Source: Macrostomum lignano | Lineage: Eukaryota | Length of the DNA stretch: 64,000 nucleotides | Assembly: GCA_002269645.1 (NCBI GenBank) | Contig: NIVC01002942.1 | Location: forward strand, 62,001-126,000 | Direction: 5' to 3' | Shown: positions 22,795-50,565 of the stretch, in pieces | How positions within the stretch are numbered: position 1 is the first letter of the stretch | Layout: each line of letters starts with the position of its first letter | Made by a program: the position numbers and the translations under genes | Notes under the pieces: model-generated | The model's database searches: none | Seen by the model: the letters and a program-made list of their open reading frames with translations, nothing else | Told to the model about the DNA's origin: nothing

Positions 22795-24788
22795 ATCTGC
22801 AAATCAATCAACGTGCTCGGAAATTTATTAGAAATTAGTTATAAATTATGTTTTCACATAAAAATGAAGGCATCAATCACATTGCTTTGATTTTTATGTC
22901 CTTTAAATGTACTATGAGCTATCTACATGGCATGCCTGCATCGGCTTTACCTTTCACATTTAAAAATCTAGTTAGTTAGAGGGCTTCATGGAAGTATATA
23001 TATATTCATTTATTTATTTATTCACATTTTATTTGCTGTTTTTCTGGCGGCCGAGAAGGCGTAAAGTTTCGCAGTTTGCATTGCTAAACGTGCAACTGTA
23101 GTATGCGTGCAGCCACTTAAAAAAACTAGATGTACAGTCGTGGGCCCAGTACACTGTTAAAATATTAAAGGCAAAGCAGCACATATTGCTTTTATTAACG
23201 GGAGTGCTTTAAGCAAATAAATAATAATTTGATTTTTATTCTGCGACAAAGGACTTTCTGTACACATCATGCAGGTGTATTTGTTTTTGTGCCTTGAAAG
23301 ATGAACATAGGATCTGCCATTCTGCCTGCTATCAAAAGCAATTGCAAATTCAGTGCTGAAAATCAAAATCTCCGTTCTCCTTAATGTATTTTTTCGGTAA
23401 AACATCCTCTTAAAAATTTCCTAGAATCGTAGTTCCCTGCATATCCTTGGCTTCTACTTGAGTAGTTCTTGAATTTACAGTTGGAAATAATAAGAAGCCA
23501 ACCCAAGAATACATGGGGACTGCTTATTACACCAAAAGCTGATATGGACTATGGGTCCCATCCCACGTCCCGATATCTGGCGCCTTCGATAAACTTAAGA
23601 TACATGCACATAGCAATGGCGTGAAAATTGATCAATATAAGTTTTAGTCAAATATAAATACTATTTTTGTAAGTTATTAAACTGCAATAAGCTAAAAACT
23701 AAACTTTTAAATAAAATATAAAAATATCTTAGTAACTTTAAAATCATTTGTTTTACTTACTAACGTACCAATGGTTGGCATTGTCAATATTTTTAAAAGG
23801 TACATTATTCTGTCTTTTTTGTAGGAATTTGTAGGTACAAAACTATAAACAAATATTCTTAGAGTTTGCCGATTTATAATAGAAGTACTATGATTATTTC
23901 TAGCATTCAGAGAAACTTAACTTACTCACGTGGCCAAAGGACTAAATATGCTTATTTTAGCGATGCCTAATCTATTATAGCTCGTATATTGCTATAACTT
24001 GTAAAAAATTCAATTTGTAAGCAACCCAGACATCTTGCAGTTAATCAATCAGTTTTTCGCTGTAATTTATTTGACTATGGTTGGTTATCAAATATTTTTA
24101 TAATTTCTCCTATGCCAAAATAAGAAGCAGACTATTTTCATAAATCTAAAAAATCTGCAAGTCAACTCGCTCAAAAGTCTTGACAAGTAAATATTTTTGA
24201 ACCTCTAAAACTTTTATGTAAATCTGAAAAATCAGAATATATAACTCTTTTTTTCAAAGTAAATTTTAAAAAGAATATCATACAGTATAATATATTTGAT
24301 AGTCATTTATCTTTATAAAAGTTTCCTATGATTTCTTATATTATCATACATTTAATATGCACTCATAGCAAAGTAAATATAAATGAATTTTTTTAAATTA
24401 AAAGACAAGCTATATATCTAATTAAAATGGAAACTAACATGAAAAAACTTCAATTTTTCTGATTTAGCAAAACTATGATTTTGTGGTATTGTTATTATTT
24501 TTTGTATCTTGTAATGTATATATATTTAGCCTATACATGTTTATATATCCAATCAAAGGAATTAAACTTGCAATTTAAACTATTTTATTGCTATAAAAAC
24601 TCAATGAGTGACTTGACACTTTTATTGATGAACTCCAGTACTACTATTAATTTGAGATTAATCTTAAAACTACTTTATAATAACCTTTTCTTGAAATAAT
24701 TATTACACTTGCTTTGAACCCATAGAAAACATCAAGGTGTAATTCATGAGGCATAGTCTCAGCTGACCTGCATTCCAGGCCCAGCAGG

Positions 24789-27986
<3,198 letters not shown>

Positions 27987-28257
27987 GTGCTGCAGGTGGC
28001 CGACCGGAGCTGTGCAGTCTCTGCAATCATTTTTGAACTTGAGGAGAATGTGGACACACTTAGTTGTTTTTATATCCCAGCTCCTGGGATCCTTATCCCT
28101 ATTATGTTTGAGACTAGTGTCCTTTGTGATCAAAGTTCTTTCAGACTCGTACTTAAAGAAATTTCATCCCGAGAGCTTTAAGAACTTTGATTTGGTGTAG
28201 TTTTACTCAAAGTCCTTAGTACTACGGCTCGTATCAAGATAAAGTTTCTTTGTGTAC

Positions 28258-28520
28258 TTTGGATCAAAAGTCCTTAGTGCACTTTGCATCAAAATCCTTA
28301 GTGCACTTTGCATCAAAATCCTTAGTGCACTTTGCATCAAAATCCTTAGTGCACTTTGCATCAAAATCCTTAGTGCACTTTGCATCAAAATCCTTAGTGC
28401 ACTTTGCATCAAAATCCTTAGTGCACTTTGGATCAAAATCCTTAGTGCACTTTGCATCAAAATCCTTAGTGCACTTTGGATCAAAGTCTTTAGCGTATTT
28501 TGAATCAAAGCCTTAGTGTA
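28258..28520. repeat. 24-bp minisatellite (CAAAATCCTTAGTGCACTTTGCAT), ~10 copies
   Basis: Direct repeats downstream of the PTPDC1 stop. Confidence 0.95.
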
Positions 28521-28989
28521 CTTTGGACTTCTCTCTATGGCATCAGTAGTACAGCGCGCCCTCCGTTATCGGATTCACAATTTGCAGCAGCGCTAGTCTG
28601 AAACTCAAAAGTCAGACATTGCTATTTTTACTACTATTTATATTTTTGTTTTACTAAACTCGCACACAGTTATTTATCAGATGCTGTAACTGACCGCAAT
28701 TCAACATTCCGTCTGCAATTGACTGTGAAGAGTGTACTGCAATGAACTTTTTTCCTATAATTTTTTCTTTGTACATGTATACATGCGGCAGTTCCGAAGG
28801 CGTCACTCACTGGTCAGCCGCAATGCGTTCATGCTTACTACTAGTAGTTTTTTCTGCTTTCGTCAAAATTTTCAAATAAAAGTCTAACTATTTTCTAACT
28901 AAAAGTCTAACTAAAGGTCCTGGGTTGGATCCTTTCGCTAGTTGTCCTATGCAATCTACGGTAAACCAATTTTTGAAGCTGATTGATCC

Positions 28990-29342
28990 ATTGGCTGATT
29001 GACTGACTGATTGATTTAATGATTGATTGATTGATTGACTGATTGATTGAATGATTGACTGATTGACTGATTGATTGATCGATTGACTGATTGATCGATT
29101 GACTGATTGATTGATTGATTGACTGATTGATTGACTGATTGATTGATTGATTGACTGATTGATTGATTGATTGATTGACTGATTGATTGAATGATTGACT
29201 GATTGACTGATTGATTGATCGATTGACTGATTGATCGATTGACTGATTGATTGATTGATTGACTGATTGATTGACTGATTGATTGATTGATTGACTGATT
29301 GATTGACTGATTGATTGATTGAATGATTGACTGACTGACTGA
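28990..29342. repeat. (GATT/GACT)n compound microsatellite
   Basis: Direct inspection. Confidence 0.96.
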
Positions 29343-29727
29343 TGGGCACACGGGCACTCACAGCTGACAGCTGCACTGACAGCCAAGCGAAAGCATCGTG
29401 AATGATTGTGAAAAGTTCAAGTCAGCGGCAGGTCAGCCCCTCCGCAGTTCTTAAGGCAATTAAAACCGGCTCAGCTCAGGCGCGAGTTCCGCTGTCTTAA
29501 AAAATGTCTGCTGCCGTCTCGGCGGTAGAAACTGCCAATATAAAAAACTGAGCAATTTGGAGAGGCCGGTTTAATCGTAATAGAAATGAGCTGAGCTGCG
29601 GTACAGAAAAAACTGAGTCTGCGAGAAGGCCAAATGCCTCATCAAATTAAGCTCTCTTAATTAGTCCTGCGGCACCTGACTGCCAACTGCTCCCCGCCAG
29701 AACTCCTCGCAGGCAAAAAAATGAAAA

Positions 29728-39591
<9,864 letters not shown>

Positions 39592-39877
39592 GTCTGCGAG
39601 TTGAGGCCGCCGCTGAGACCTGCAATGAAGTCTGGCTGAGTGCTCTGACCTGAAATGCGAGGCCAATTCCCCAAACTCGCGGCCGCGTCCTGCAGCAGTG
39701 GAGCCGCTTTGGGCCATAGACAATTTTTTTTAATATTTTCATTCTTGCCATCAAAGTCCGGCTAATCAGGATGCGCAGTGTTGATTAATTTAATTCCGAC
39801 TTTATTTTCTTGAAATCATCAATCACAAATCATTGCAGCACCTCGGGCACGGGCCACATGCAGCCACTTGCTGCAGT

Positions 39878-42800
39878 GACTGATTGGCTACTGTCAGTAT
39901 GATGACAAAGCTGAGTGACTAATTGGCTACTGTCAGTATGATGACAAAGCTGAGTGACTAATTGGCTACTGTCAGTATGATGACAAAGCTGAGTGACTAA
40001 TTGGCTACTGTCAGTATGATGACAAAGCTGAGTGACTAATAGGCTACTGTCAGTATGGTGACAAAGCTGAGTGACTAATTGGCTACTGTCAGTATGATGA
40101 CAAAGCTGAGTGACTAATTGGCTACTGTCAGTATGATGACAAAGCTGAGTGACTAATTGGCTACTGTCAGTATGATGACAAAGCTGAGTGACTAATTCGC
40201 TACTGTCAGTATGATGACAAAGCTGAGTGACTAATTAGTTACTGTCAGTATGATGACAAAGCTGAGTGACTAATTGGCTACTGTCAGTATGATGACAAAG
40301 CTGAGTGACTAATTGGCTACTGTCAGTATGGTGACAAAGCTGAGTGACTAATTGGCTACTGTCAGTATGATGACAAAGCTGAGTGACTAATTGGCTACTG
40401 TCAGTATGATGACAAAGCTGAGTGACTAATTGGCTACTGTCAGTATGATGACAAAGCTGAGTGACTAATTGGCTACTGTCAGTATGATGACAAAGCTGAG
40501 TGACTAATAGGCTACTGTCAGTATGGTGACAAAGCTGAGTGACTAATTGGCTACTGTCAGTATGATGACAAAGCTGAGTGACTAATTGGCTACTGTCAGT
40601 ATGATGACAAAGCTGAGTGACTAATTGGCTACTGTCAGTATGATGACAAAGCTGAGTGACTAATAGGCTACTGTCAGTATGGTGACAAAGCTGAGTGACT
40701 AATTGGCTACTGTCAGTATGATGACAAAGCTGAGTGACTAATTGGCTACTGTCAGTATGATGACAAAGCTGAGTGACTAATTGGCTACTGTCAGTATGAT
40801 GACAAAGCTGAGTGACTAATAGGCTACTGTCAGTATGATGACAAAGCTGAGTGACTAATTGGCTACTGTCAGTATGATGACAAAGCTGAGTGACTAATTG
40901 GCTACTGTCAGTATGATGACAAAGCTGAGTGACTAATTCGCTACTGTCAGTATGATGACAAAGCTGAGTGACTAATTGGCTACTGTCAGTATGATGACAA
41001 AGCTGAGTGACTAATAGGCTACTGTCAGTATGGTGACAAAGCTGAGTGACTAATTGGCTACTGTCAGTATGATGACAAAGCTGAGTGACTAATTGGCTAC
41101 TGTCAGTATGATGACAAAGCTGAGTGACTAATTGGCTACTGTCAGTATGATGACAAAGCTGAGTGACTAATTAGTTACTGTCAGTATGATGACAAAGCTG
41201 AGTGACTAATTGGCTACTGTCAGTATGATGACAAAGCTGAGTGACTAATTGGCTACTGTCAGTATGGTGACAAAGCTGAGTGACTAATTGGCTACTGTCA
41301 GTATGATGACAAAGCTGAGTGACTAATTGGCTACTGTCAGTATGATGACAAAGCTGAGTGACTAATTGGCTACTGTCAGTATGATGACAAAGCTGAGTGA
41401 CTAATAGGCTACTGTCAGTATGGTAACAAAGCTGAGTGACTAATTGGCTACTGTCAGTATGATGACAAAGCTGAGTGACTAATTGGCTACTGTCAGTATG
41501 ATGACAAAGCTGAGTGACTAATTGGCTACTGTCAGTATGATGACAAAGCTGAGTGACTAATTCGCTACTGTCAGTATGATGACAAAGCTGAGTGACTAAT
41601 TGGCTACTGTCAGTATGATGACAAAGCTGAGTGACTAATTGGCTACTGTCAGTATGATGACAAAGCTGAGTGACTAATTCGCTACTGTCAGTATGATGAC
41701 AAAGCTGAGTGACTAATTGGCTACTGTCAGTATGATGACAAAGCTGAGTGACTAATTGGCTACTGTCAGTATGATGACAAAGCTGAGTGACTAATTAGTT
41801 ACTGTCAGTATGATGACAAAGCTGAGTGACTAATTAGTACTGTCAGTATGATGACAAAGCTGAGTGACTAATTGGCTACTGTCAGTATGATGACAAAGCT
41901 GAGTGACTAATTGGCTACTGTCAGTATGATGACAAAGCTGAGTGACTAATTCGCTACTGTCAGTATGATGACAAAGCTGAGTGACTAATTGGCTACTGTC
42001 AGTATGATGACAAAGCTGAGTGACTAATTGGCTACTGTCAGTATGATGACAAAGCTGAGTGACTAATTCGCTACTGTCAGTATGATGACAAAGCTGAGTG
42101 ACTAATTGGCTACTGTCAGTATGATGACAAAGCTGAGTGACTAATAGGCTACTGTCAGTATGATGACAAAGCTGAGTGACTAATTGGCTACTGTCAGTAT
42201 GATGACAAAGCTGAGTGACTAATTGGCTACTGTCAGTATGATGACAAAGCTGAGTGACTAATTGGCTACTGTCAGTATGATGACAAAGCTGAGTGACTAA
42301 TTGGCTACTGTCAGTATGATGACAAAGCTGAGTGACTAATTCGCTACTGTCAGTATGATGACAAAGCTGAGTGACTAATTGGCTACTGTCAGTATGATGA
42401 CAAAGCTGAGTGACTAATAGGCTACTGTCAGTATGATGACAAAGCTGAGTGACTAATTGGCTACTGTCAGTATGATGACAAAGCTGAGTGACTAATTGGC
42501 TACTGTCAGTATGATGACAAAGCTGAGTGACTAATTGTTACTGTCAGTATGATGACAAAGCTGAGTGACTAATTGGCTACTGTCAGTATGATGACAAAGC
42601 TGAGTGACTAATTGGCTACTGTCAGTATGATGACAAAGCTGAGTGACTAATTGGCTACTGTCAGTATGATGACAAAGCTGAGTGACTAATTGCTACTGTC
42701 AGTATGATGACAAAGCTGAGTGACTAATTGGCTACTGTCAGTATGATGACAAAGCTGAGTGACTAATTGGCTACTGTCAGTATGATGACAAAGCTGAGTG

Positions 42801-45800
42801 ACTAATTCGCTACTGTCAGTATGATGACAAAGCTGAGTGACTAATTGGCTACTGTCAGTATGATGACAAAGCTGAGTGACTAATTGGCTACTGTCAGTAT
42901 GATGACAAAGCTGAGTGACTAATTGGCTACTGTCAGTATGATGACAAAGCTGAGTGACTAATTGGCTACTGTCAGTATGATGACAAAGCTGAGTGACTAA
43001 TTGGCTACTGTCAGTATGGACAAAGCTGAGTGACTAATTGGCTACTGTCAGTATGATGACAAAGCTGAGTGACTAATTGGCTACTGTCAGTATGATGACA
43101 AAGCTGAGTGACTAATTGGCTACTGTCAGTATGATGACAAAGCTGAGTGACTAATTGGCTACTGTCAGTATGATGACAAAGCTGAGTGACTAATTGGCTA
43201 CTGTCAGTATGATGACAAAGCTGAGTGACTAATTGGCTACTGTCAGTATGATGACAAAGCTGAGTGACTAATTGGCTACTGTCAGTATGATGACAAAGCT
43301 GAGTGACTAATTGGCTACTGTCAGTATGATGACAAAGCTGAGTGACTAATTGGCTACTGTCAGTATGATGACAAAGCTGAGTGACTAATTGGCTACTGTC
43401 AGTATGATGACAAAGCTGAGTGACTAATAGGCTACTGTCAGTATGGACAAAGCTGAGTGACTAATTGGCTACTGTCAGTATGATGACAAAGCTGAGTGAC
43501 TAATTGGCTACTGTCAGTATGATGACAAAGCTGAGTGACTAATTGGCTACTGTCAGTATGATGACAAAGCTGAGTGACTAATTGGCTACTGTCAGTATGA
43601 TGACAAAGCTGAGTGACTAATTGGCTACTGTCAGTATGATGACAAAGCTGAGTGACTAATTGGCTACTGTCAGTATGATGACAAAGCTGAGTGACTAATT
43701 GGCTACTGTCAGTATGATGACAAAGCTGAGTGACTAATTGGCTACTGTCAGTATGATGACAAAGCTGAGTGACTAATTGGCTACTGTCAGTATGATGACA
43801 AAGCTGAGTGACTAATTGGCTACTGTCAGTATGATGACAAAGCTGAGTGACTAATTGGCTACTGTCAGTATGATGACAAAGCTGAGTGACTAATTGGCTA
43901 CTGTCAGTATGATGACAAAGCTGAGTGACTAATTGGCTACTGTCAGTATGATGACAAAGCTGAGTGACTAATTGGCTACTGTCAGTATGATGACAAAGCT
44001 GAGTGACTAATTGGCTACTGTCAGTATGATGACAAAGCTGAGTGACTAATTGGCTACTGTCAGTATGATGACAAAGCTGAGTGACTAATTGGCTACTGTC
44101 AGTATGATGACAAAGCTGAGTGACTAATTGGCTACTGTCAGTATGATGACAAAGCTGAGTGACTAATTGGCTACTGTCAGTATGATGACAAAGCTGAGTG
44201 ACTAATTGGCTACTGTCAGTATGATGACAAAGCTGAGTGACTAATTGGCTACTGTCAGTATGATGACAAAGCTGAGTGACTAATTGGCTACTGTCAGTAT
44301 GATGACAAAGCTGAGTGACTAATTGGCTACTGTCAGTATGATGACAAAGCTGAGTGACTAATTGGCTACTGTCAGTATGATGACAAAGCTGAGTGACTAA
44401 TTGGCTACTGTCAGTATGATGACAAAGCTGAGTGACTAATTGGCTACTGTCAGTATGATGACAAAGCTGAGTGACTAATTGGCTACTGTCAGTATGATGA
44501 CAAAGCTGAGTGACTAATTGGCTACTGTCAGTATGATGACAAAGCTGAGTGACTAATTGGCTACTGTCAGTATGATGACAAAGCTGAGTGACTAATTGGC
44601 TACTGTCAGTATGATGACAAAGCTGAGTGACTAATTGGCTACTGTCAGTATGATGACAAAGCTGAGTGACTAATTGGCTACTGTCAGTATGATGACAAAG
44701 CTGAGTGACTAATTGGCTACTGTCAGTATGATGACAAAGCTGAGTGACTAATTGGCTACTGTCAGTATGATGACAAAGCTGAGTGACTAATTGGCTACTG
44801 TCAGTATGATGACAAAGCTGAGTGACTAATTGGCTACTGTCAGTATGATGACAAAGCTGAGTGACTAATTGGCTACTGTCAGTATGATGACAAAGCTGAG
44901 TGACTAATTGGCTACTGTCAGTATGATGACAAAGCTGAGTGACTAATTGGCTACTGTCAGTATGATGACAAAGCTGAGTGACTAATTGGCTACTGTCAGT
45001 ATGATGACAAAGCTGAGTGACTAATTGGCTACTGTCAGTATGATGACAAAGCTGAGTGACTAATTGGCTACTGTCAGTATGATGACAAAGCTGAGTGACT
45101 AATTGGCTACTGTCAGTATGATGACAAAGCTGAGTGACTAATTGGCTACTGTCAGTATGATGACAAAGCTGAGTGACTAATTGGCTACTGTCAGTATGAT
45201 GACAAAGCTGAGTGACTAATTGGCTACTGTCAGTATGATGACAAAGCTGAGTGACTAATTGGCTACTGTCAGTATGATGACAAAGCTGAGTGACTAATTG
45301 GCTACTGTCAGTATGATGACAAAGCTGAGTGACTAATTGGCTACTGTCAGTATGATGACAAAGCTGAGTGACTAATTGGCTACTGTCAGTATGATGACAA
45401 AGCTGAGTGACTAATTGGCTACTGTCAGTATGATGACAAAGCTGAGTGACTAATTGGCTACTGTCAGTATGATGACAAAGCTGAGTGACTAATTGCTACT
45501 GTCAGTATGATGACAAAGCTGAGTGACTAATTGGCTACTGTCAGTATGATGACAAAGCTGAGTGACTAATTGGCTACTGTCAGTATGATGACAAAGCTGA
45601 GTGACTAATTGGCTACTGTCAGTATGATGACAAAGCTGAGTGACTAATTGGCTACTGTCAGTATGATGACAAAGCTGAGTGACTAATTGGCTACTGTCAG
45701 TATGATGACAAAGCTGAGTGACTAATTGGCTACTGTCAGTATGATGACAAAGCTGAGTGACTAATTGGCTACTGTCAGTATGATGACAAAGCTGAGTGAC

Positions 45801-48800
45801 TAATTGGCTACTGTCAGTATGATGACAAAGCTGAGTGACTAATTGGCTACTGTCAGTATGATGACAAAGCTGAGTGACTAATTGGCTACTGTCAGTATGA
45901 TGACAAAGCTGAGTGACTAATTGGCTACTGTCAGTATGATGACAAAGCTGAGTGACTAATTGGCTACTGTCAGTATGATGACAAAGCTGAGTGACTAATT
46001 GGCTACTGTCAGTATGATGACAAAGCTGAGTGACTAATTGGCTACTGTCAGTATGATGACAAAGCTGAGTGACTAATTGGCTACTGTCAGTATGATGACA
46101 AAGCTGAGTGACTAATTGGCTACTGTCAGTATGATGACAAAGCTGAGTGACTAATTGGCTACTGTCAGTATGATGACAAAGCTGAGTGACTAATTGGCTA
46201 CTGTCAGTATGATGACAAAGCTGAGTGACTAATTGGCTACTGTCAGTATGATGACAAAGCTGAGTGACTAATTGGCTACTGTCAGTATGATGACAAAGCT
46301 GAGTGACTAATTGGCTACTGTCAGTATGATGACAAAGCTGAGTGACTAATTGGCTACTGTCAGTATGATGACAAAGCTGAGTGACTAATTGGCTACTGTC
46401 AGTATGATGACAAAGCTGAGTGACTAATTGGCTACTGTCAGTATGATGACAAAGCTGAGTGACTAATTGGCTACTGTCAGTATGATGACAAAGCTGAGTG
46501 ACTAATTGGCTACTGTCAGTATGATGACAAAGCTGAGTGACTAATTGGCTACTGTCAGTATGATGACAAAGCTGAGTGACTAATTGGCTACTGTCAGTAT
46601 GATGACAAAGCTGAGTGACTAATTGGCTACTGTCAGTATGATGACAAAGCTGAGTGACTAATTGGCTACTGTCAGTATGATGACAAAGCTGAGTGACTAA
46701 TTGGCTACTGTCAGTATGATGACAAAGCTGAGTGACTAATTGGCTACTGTCAGTATGATGACAAAGCTGAGTGACTAATTGGCTACTGTCAGTATGATGA
46801 CAAAGCTGAGTGACTAATTGGCTACTGTCAGTATGATGACAAAGCTGAGTGACTAATTGGCTACTGTCAGTATGATGACAAAGCTGAGTGACTAATTGGC
46901 TACTGTCAGTATGATGACAAAGCTGAGTGACTAATTGGCTACTGTCAGTATGATGACAAAGCTGAGTGACTAATTGGCTACTGTCAGTATGATGACAAAG
47001 CTGAGTGACTAATTGCTACTGTCAGTATGATGACAAAGCTGAGTGACTAATTGGCTACTGTCAGTATGATGACAAAGCTGAGTGACTAATTGCTACTGTC
47101 AGTATGATGACAAAGCTGAGTGACTAATTGGCTACTGTCAGTATGATGACAAAGCTGAGTGACTAATTGGCTACTGTCAGTATGATGACAAAGCTGAGTG
47201 ACTAATTGGCTACTGTCAGTATGATGACAAAGCTGAGTGACTAATTGGCTACTGTCAGTATGATGACAAAGCTGAGTGACTAATTGGCTACTGTCAGTAT
47301 GATGACAAAGCTGAGTGACTAATTGGCTACTGTCAGTATGATGACAAAGCTGAGTGACTAATTGGCTACTGTCAGTATGATGACAAAGCTGAGTGACTAA
47401 TTGCTACTGTCAGTATGATGACAAAGCTGAGTGACTAATTGGCTACTGTCAGTATGATGACAAAGCTGAGTGACTAATTGGCTACTGTCAGTATGATGAC
47501 AAAGCTGAGTGACTAATTGGCTACTGTCAGTATGATGACAAAGCTGAGTGACTAATTGGCTACTGTCAGTATGATGACAAAGCTGAGTGACTAATTGGCT
47601 ACTGTCAGTATGATGACAAAGCTGAGTGACTAATTGGCTACTGTCAGTATGATGACAAAGCTGAGTGACTAATTGGCTACTGTCAGTATGATGACAAAGC
47701 TGAGTGACTAATTGGCTACTGTCAGTATGATGACAAAGCTGAGTGACTAATTGGCTACTGTCAGTATGATGACAAAGCTGAGTGACTAATTGGCTACTGT
47801 CAGTATGATGACAAAGCTGAGTGACTAATTGGCTACTGTCAGTATGATGACAAAGCTGAGTGACTAATTGGCTACTGTCAGTATGATGACAAAGCTGAGT
47901 GACTAATTGGCTACTGTCAGTATGATGACAAAGCTGAGTGACTAATTGGCTACTGTCAGTATGATGACAAAGCTGAGTGACTAATTGGCTACTGTCAGTA
48001 TGATGACAAAGCTGAGTGACTAATTGGCTACTGTCAGTATGATGACAAAGCTGAGTGACTAATTGGCTACTGTCAGTATGATGACAAAGCTGAGTGACTA
48101 ATTGGCTACTGTCAGTATGATGACAAAGCTGAGTGACTAATTGGCTACTGTCAGTATGATGACAAAGCTGAGTGACTAATTGGCTACTGTCAGTATGATG
48201 ACAAAGCTGAGTGACTAATTGGCTACTGTCAGTATGATGACAAAGCTGAGTGACTAATTGGCTACTGTCAGTATGATGACAAAGCTGAGTGACTAATTGG
48301 CTACTGTCAGTATGATGACAAAGCTGAGTGACTAATTGGCTACTGTCAGTATGATGACAAAGCTGAGTGACTAATTGGCTACTGTCAGTATGATGACAAA
48401 GCTGAGTGACTAATTGGCTACTGTCAGTATGATGACAAAGCTGAGTGACTAATTGGCTACTGTCAGTATGATGACAAAGCTGAGTGACTAATTGGCTACT
48501 GTCAGTATGATGACAAAGCTGAGTGACTAATTGGCTACTGTCAGTATGATGACAAAGCTGAGTGACTAATTGGCTACTGTCAGTATGATGACAAAGCTGA
48601 GTGACTAATTGGCTACTGTCAGTATGATGACAAAGCTGAGTGACTAATTGGCTACTGTCAGTATGATGACAAAGCTGAGTGACTAATTGGCTACTGTCAG
48701 TATGATGACAAAGCTGAGTGACTAATTGGCTACTGTCAGTATGATGACAAAGCTGAGTGACTAATTGGCTACTGTCAGTATGATGACAAAGCTGAGTGAC

Positions 48801-50400
48801 TAATTGGCTACTGTCAGTATGATGACAAAGCTGAGTGACTAATTGGCTACTGTCAGTATGATGACAAAGCTGAGTGACTAATTGGCTACTGTCAGTATGA
48901 TGACAAAGCTGAGTGACTAATTGGCTACTGTCAGTATGATGACAAAGCTGAGTGACTAATTGGCTACTGTCAGTATGATGACAAAGCTGAGTGACTAATT
49001 GGCTACTGTCAGTATGATGACAAAGCTGAGTGACTAATTGGCTACTGTCAGTATGATGACAAAGCTGAGTGACTAATTGGCTACTGTCAGTATGATGACA
49101 AAGCTGAGTGACTAATTGGCTACTGTCAGTATGATGACAAAGCTGAGTGACTAATTGGCTACTGTCAGTATGATGACAAAGCTGAGTGACTAATAGGCTA
49201 CTGTCAGTATGATGACAAAGCTGAGTGACTAATTGGCTACTGTCAGTATGATGACAAAGCTGAGTGACTAATTGGCTACTGTCAGTATGATGACAAAGCT
49301 GAGTGACTAATTGGCTACTGTCAGTATGATGACAAAGCTGAGTGACTAATTGGCTACTGTCAGTATGATGACAAAGCTGAGTGACTAATAGGCTACTGTC
49401 AGTATGATGACAAAGCTGAGTGACTAATAGGCTACTGTCAGTATGATGACAAAGCTGAGTGACTAATTGGCTACTGTCAGTATGATGACAAAGCTGAGTG
49501 ACTAATTGGCTACTGTCAGTATGATGACAAAGCTGAGTGACTAATTGGCTACTGTCAGTATGATGACAAAGCTGAGTGACTAATTGGCTACTGTCAGTAT
49601 GATGACAAAGCTGAGTGACTAATTGCTACTGTCAGTATGATGACAAAGCTGAGTGACTAATTGGCTACTGTCAGTATGATGACAAAGCTGAGTGACTAAT
49701 TGGCTACTGTCAGTATGATGACAAAGCTGAGTGACTAATTGGCTACTGTCAGTATGATGACAAAGCTGAGTGACTAATTGGCTACTGTCAGTATGATGAC
49801 AAAGCTGAGTGACTAATTGGCTACTGTCAGTATGATGACAAAGCTGAGTCACTAATTCGCTACTGTCAGTATGATGACAAAGCTGAGTGACTAATTGGCT
49901 ACTGTCAGTATGATGACAAAGCTGAGTGACTAATTGGCTACTGTCAGTATGATGACAAAGCTGAGTGACTAATTGGCTACTGTCAGTATGATGACAAAGC
50001 TGAGTGACTAATTGGCTACTGTCAGTATGATGACAAAGCTGAGTGACTAATTGGCTACTGTCAGTATGATGACAAAGCTGAGTGACTAATTGGCTACTGT
50101 CAGTATGATGACAAAGCTGAGTGACTAATTGGCTACTGTCAGTATGATGACAAAGCTGAGTGACTAATTGGCTACTGTCAGTATGATGACAAAGCTGAGT
50201 GACTAATTGGCTACTGTCAGTATGATGACAAAGCTGAGTGACTAATTGGCTACTGTCAGTATGATGACAAAGCTGAGTGACTAATTGGCTACTGTCAGTA
50301 TGATGACAAAGCTGAGTGACTAATTGGCTACTGTCAGTATGATGACAAAGCTGAGTGACTAATTGGCTACTGTCAGCAAAGCTGAGTGACTACTACTGTC
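39878..50400. repeat. 39-bp satellite array, ~10.5 kb, ~270 copies
   Basis: Unit CTACTGTCAGTATGATGACAAAGCTGAGTGACTAATTGG; homogeneous centre, more variants at both ends. Confidence 0.99.
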
Positions 50401-50565
50401 AGCAAGCCTACCCAGCTTTCAGAGCCTGGTTATTTGACAACGCTTGGAGCAGTTTATGAGGCATTTAACAGGCCAAATCCGACGACTACCCTCTGTCTCA
50501 GTAATGTGCGTTTCGTTTTATGCGCCCCAACCCCGCCCGGTTGCATATGAGCACGAGTAAAGCTT

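Noticed and set aside
28548-28580. TACAG...CCCTCCGTTATC resembling a pogo/Tigger terminal repeat
   Set aside because: No matching inverted partner found nearby
28900-28935. B-box-like GGTCCTGGGTTGGATCC
   Set aside because: Too degenerate and no cloverleaf context
39878-50400. CRISPR-like regular array or giant ORF (one minus frame reads VTQLCHHTDSSQL without stops)
   Set aside because: Units are head-to-tail with no unique spacers and no cas genes. The open frame has no start context and is broken by single-base deletions
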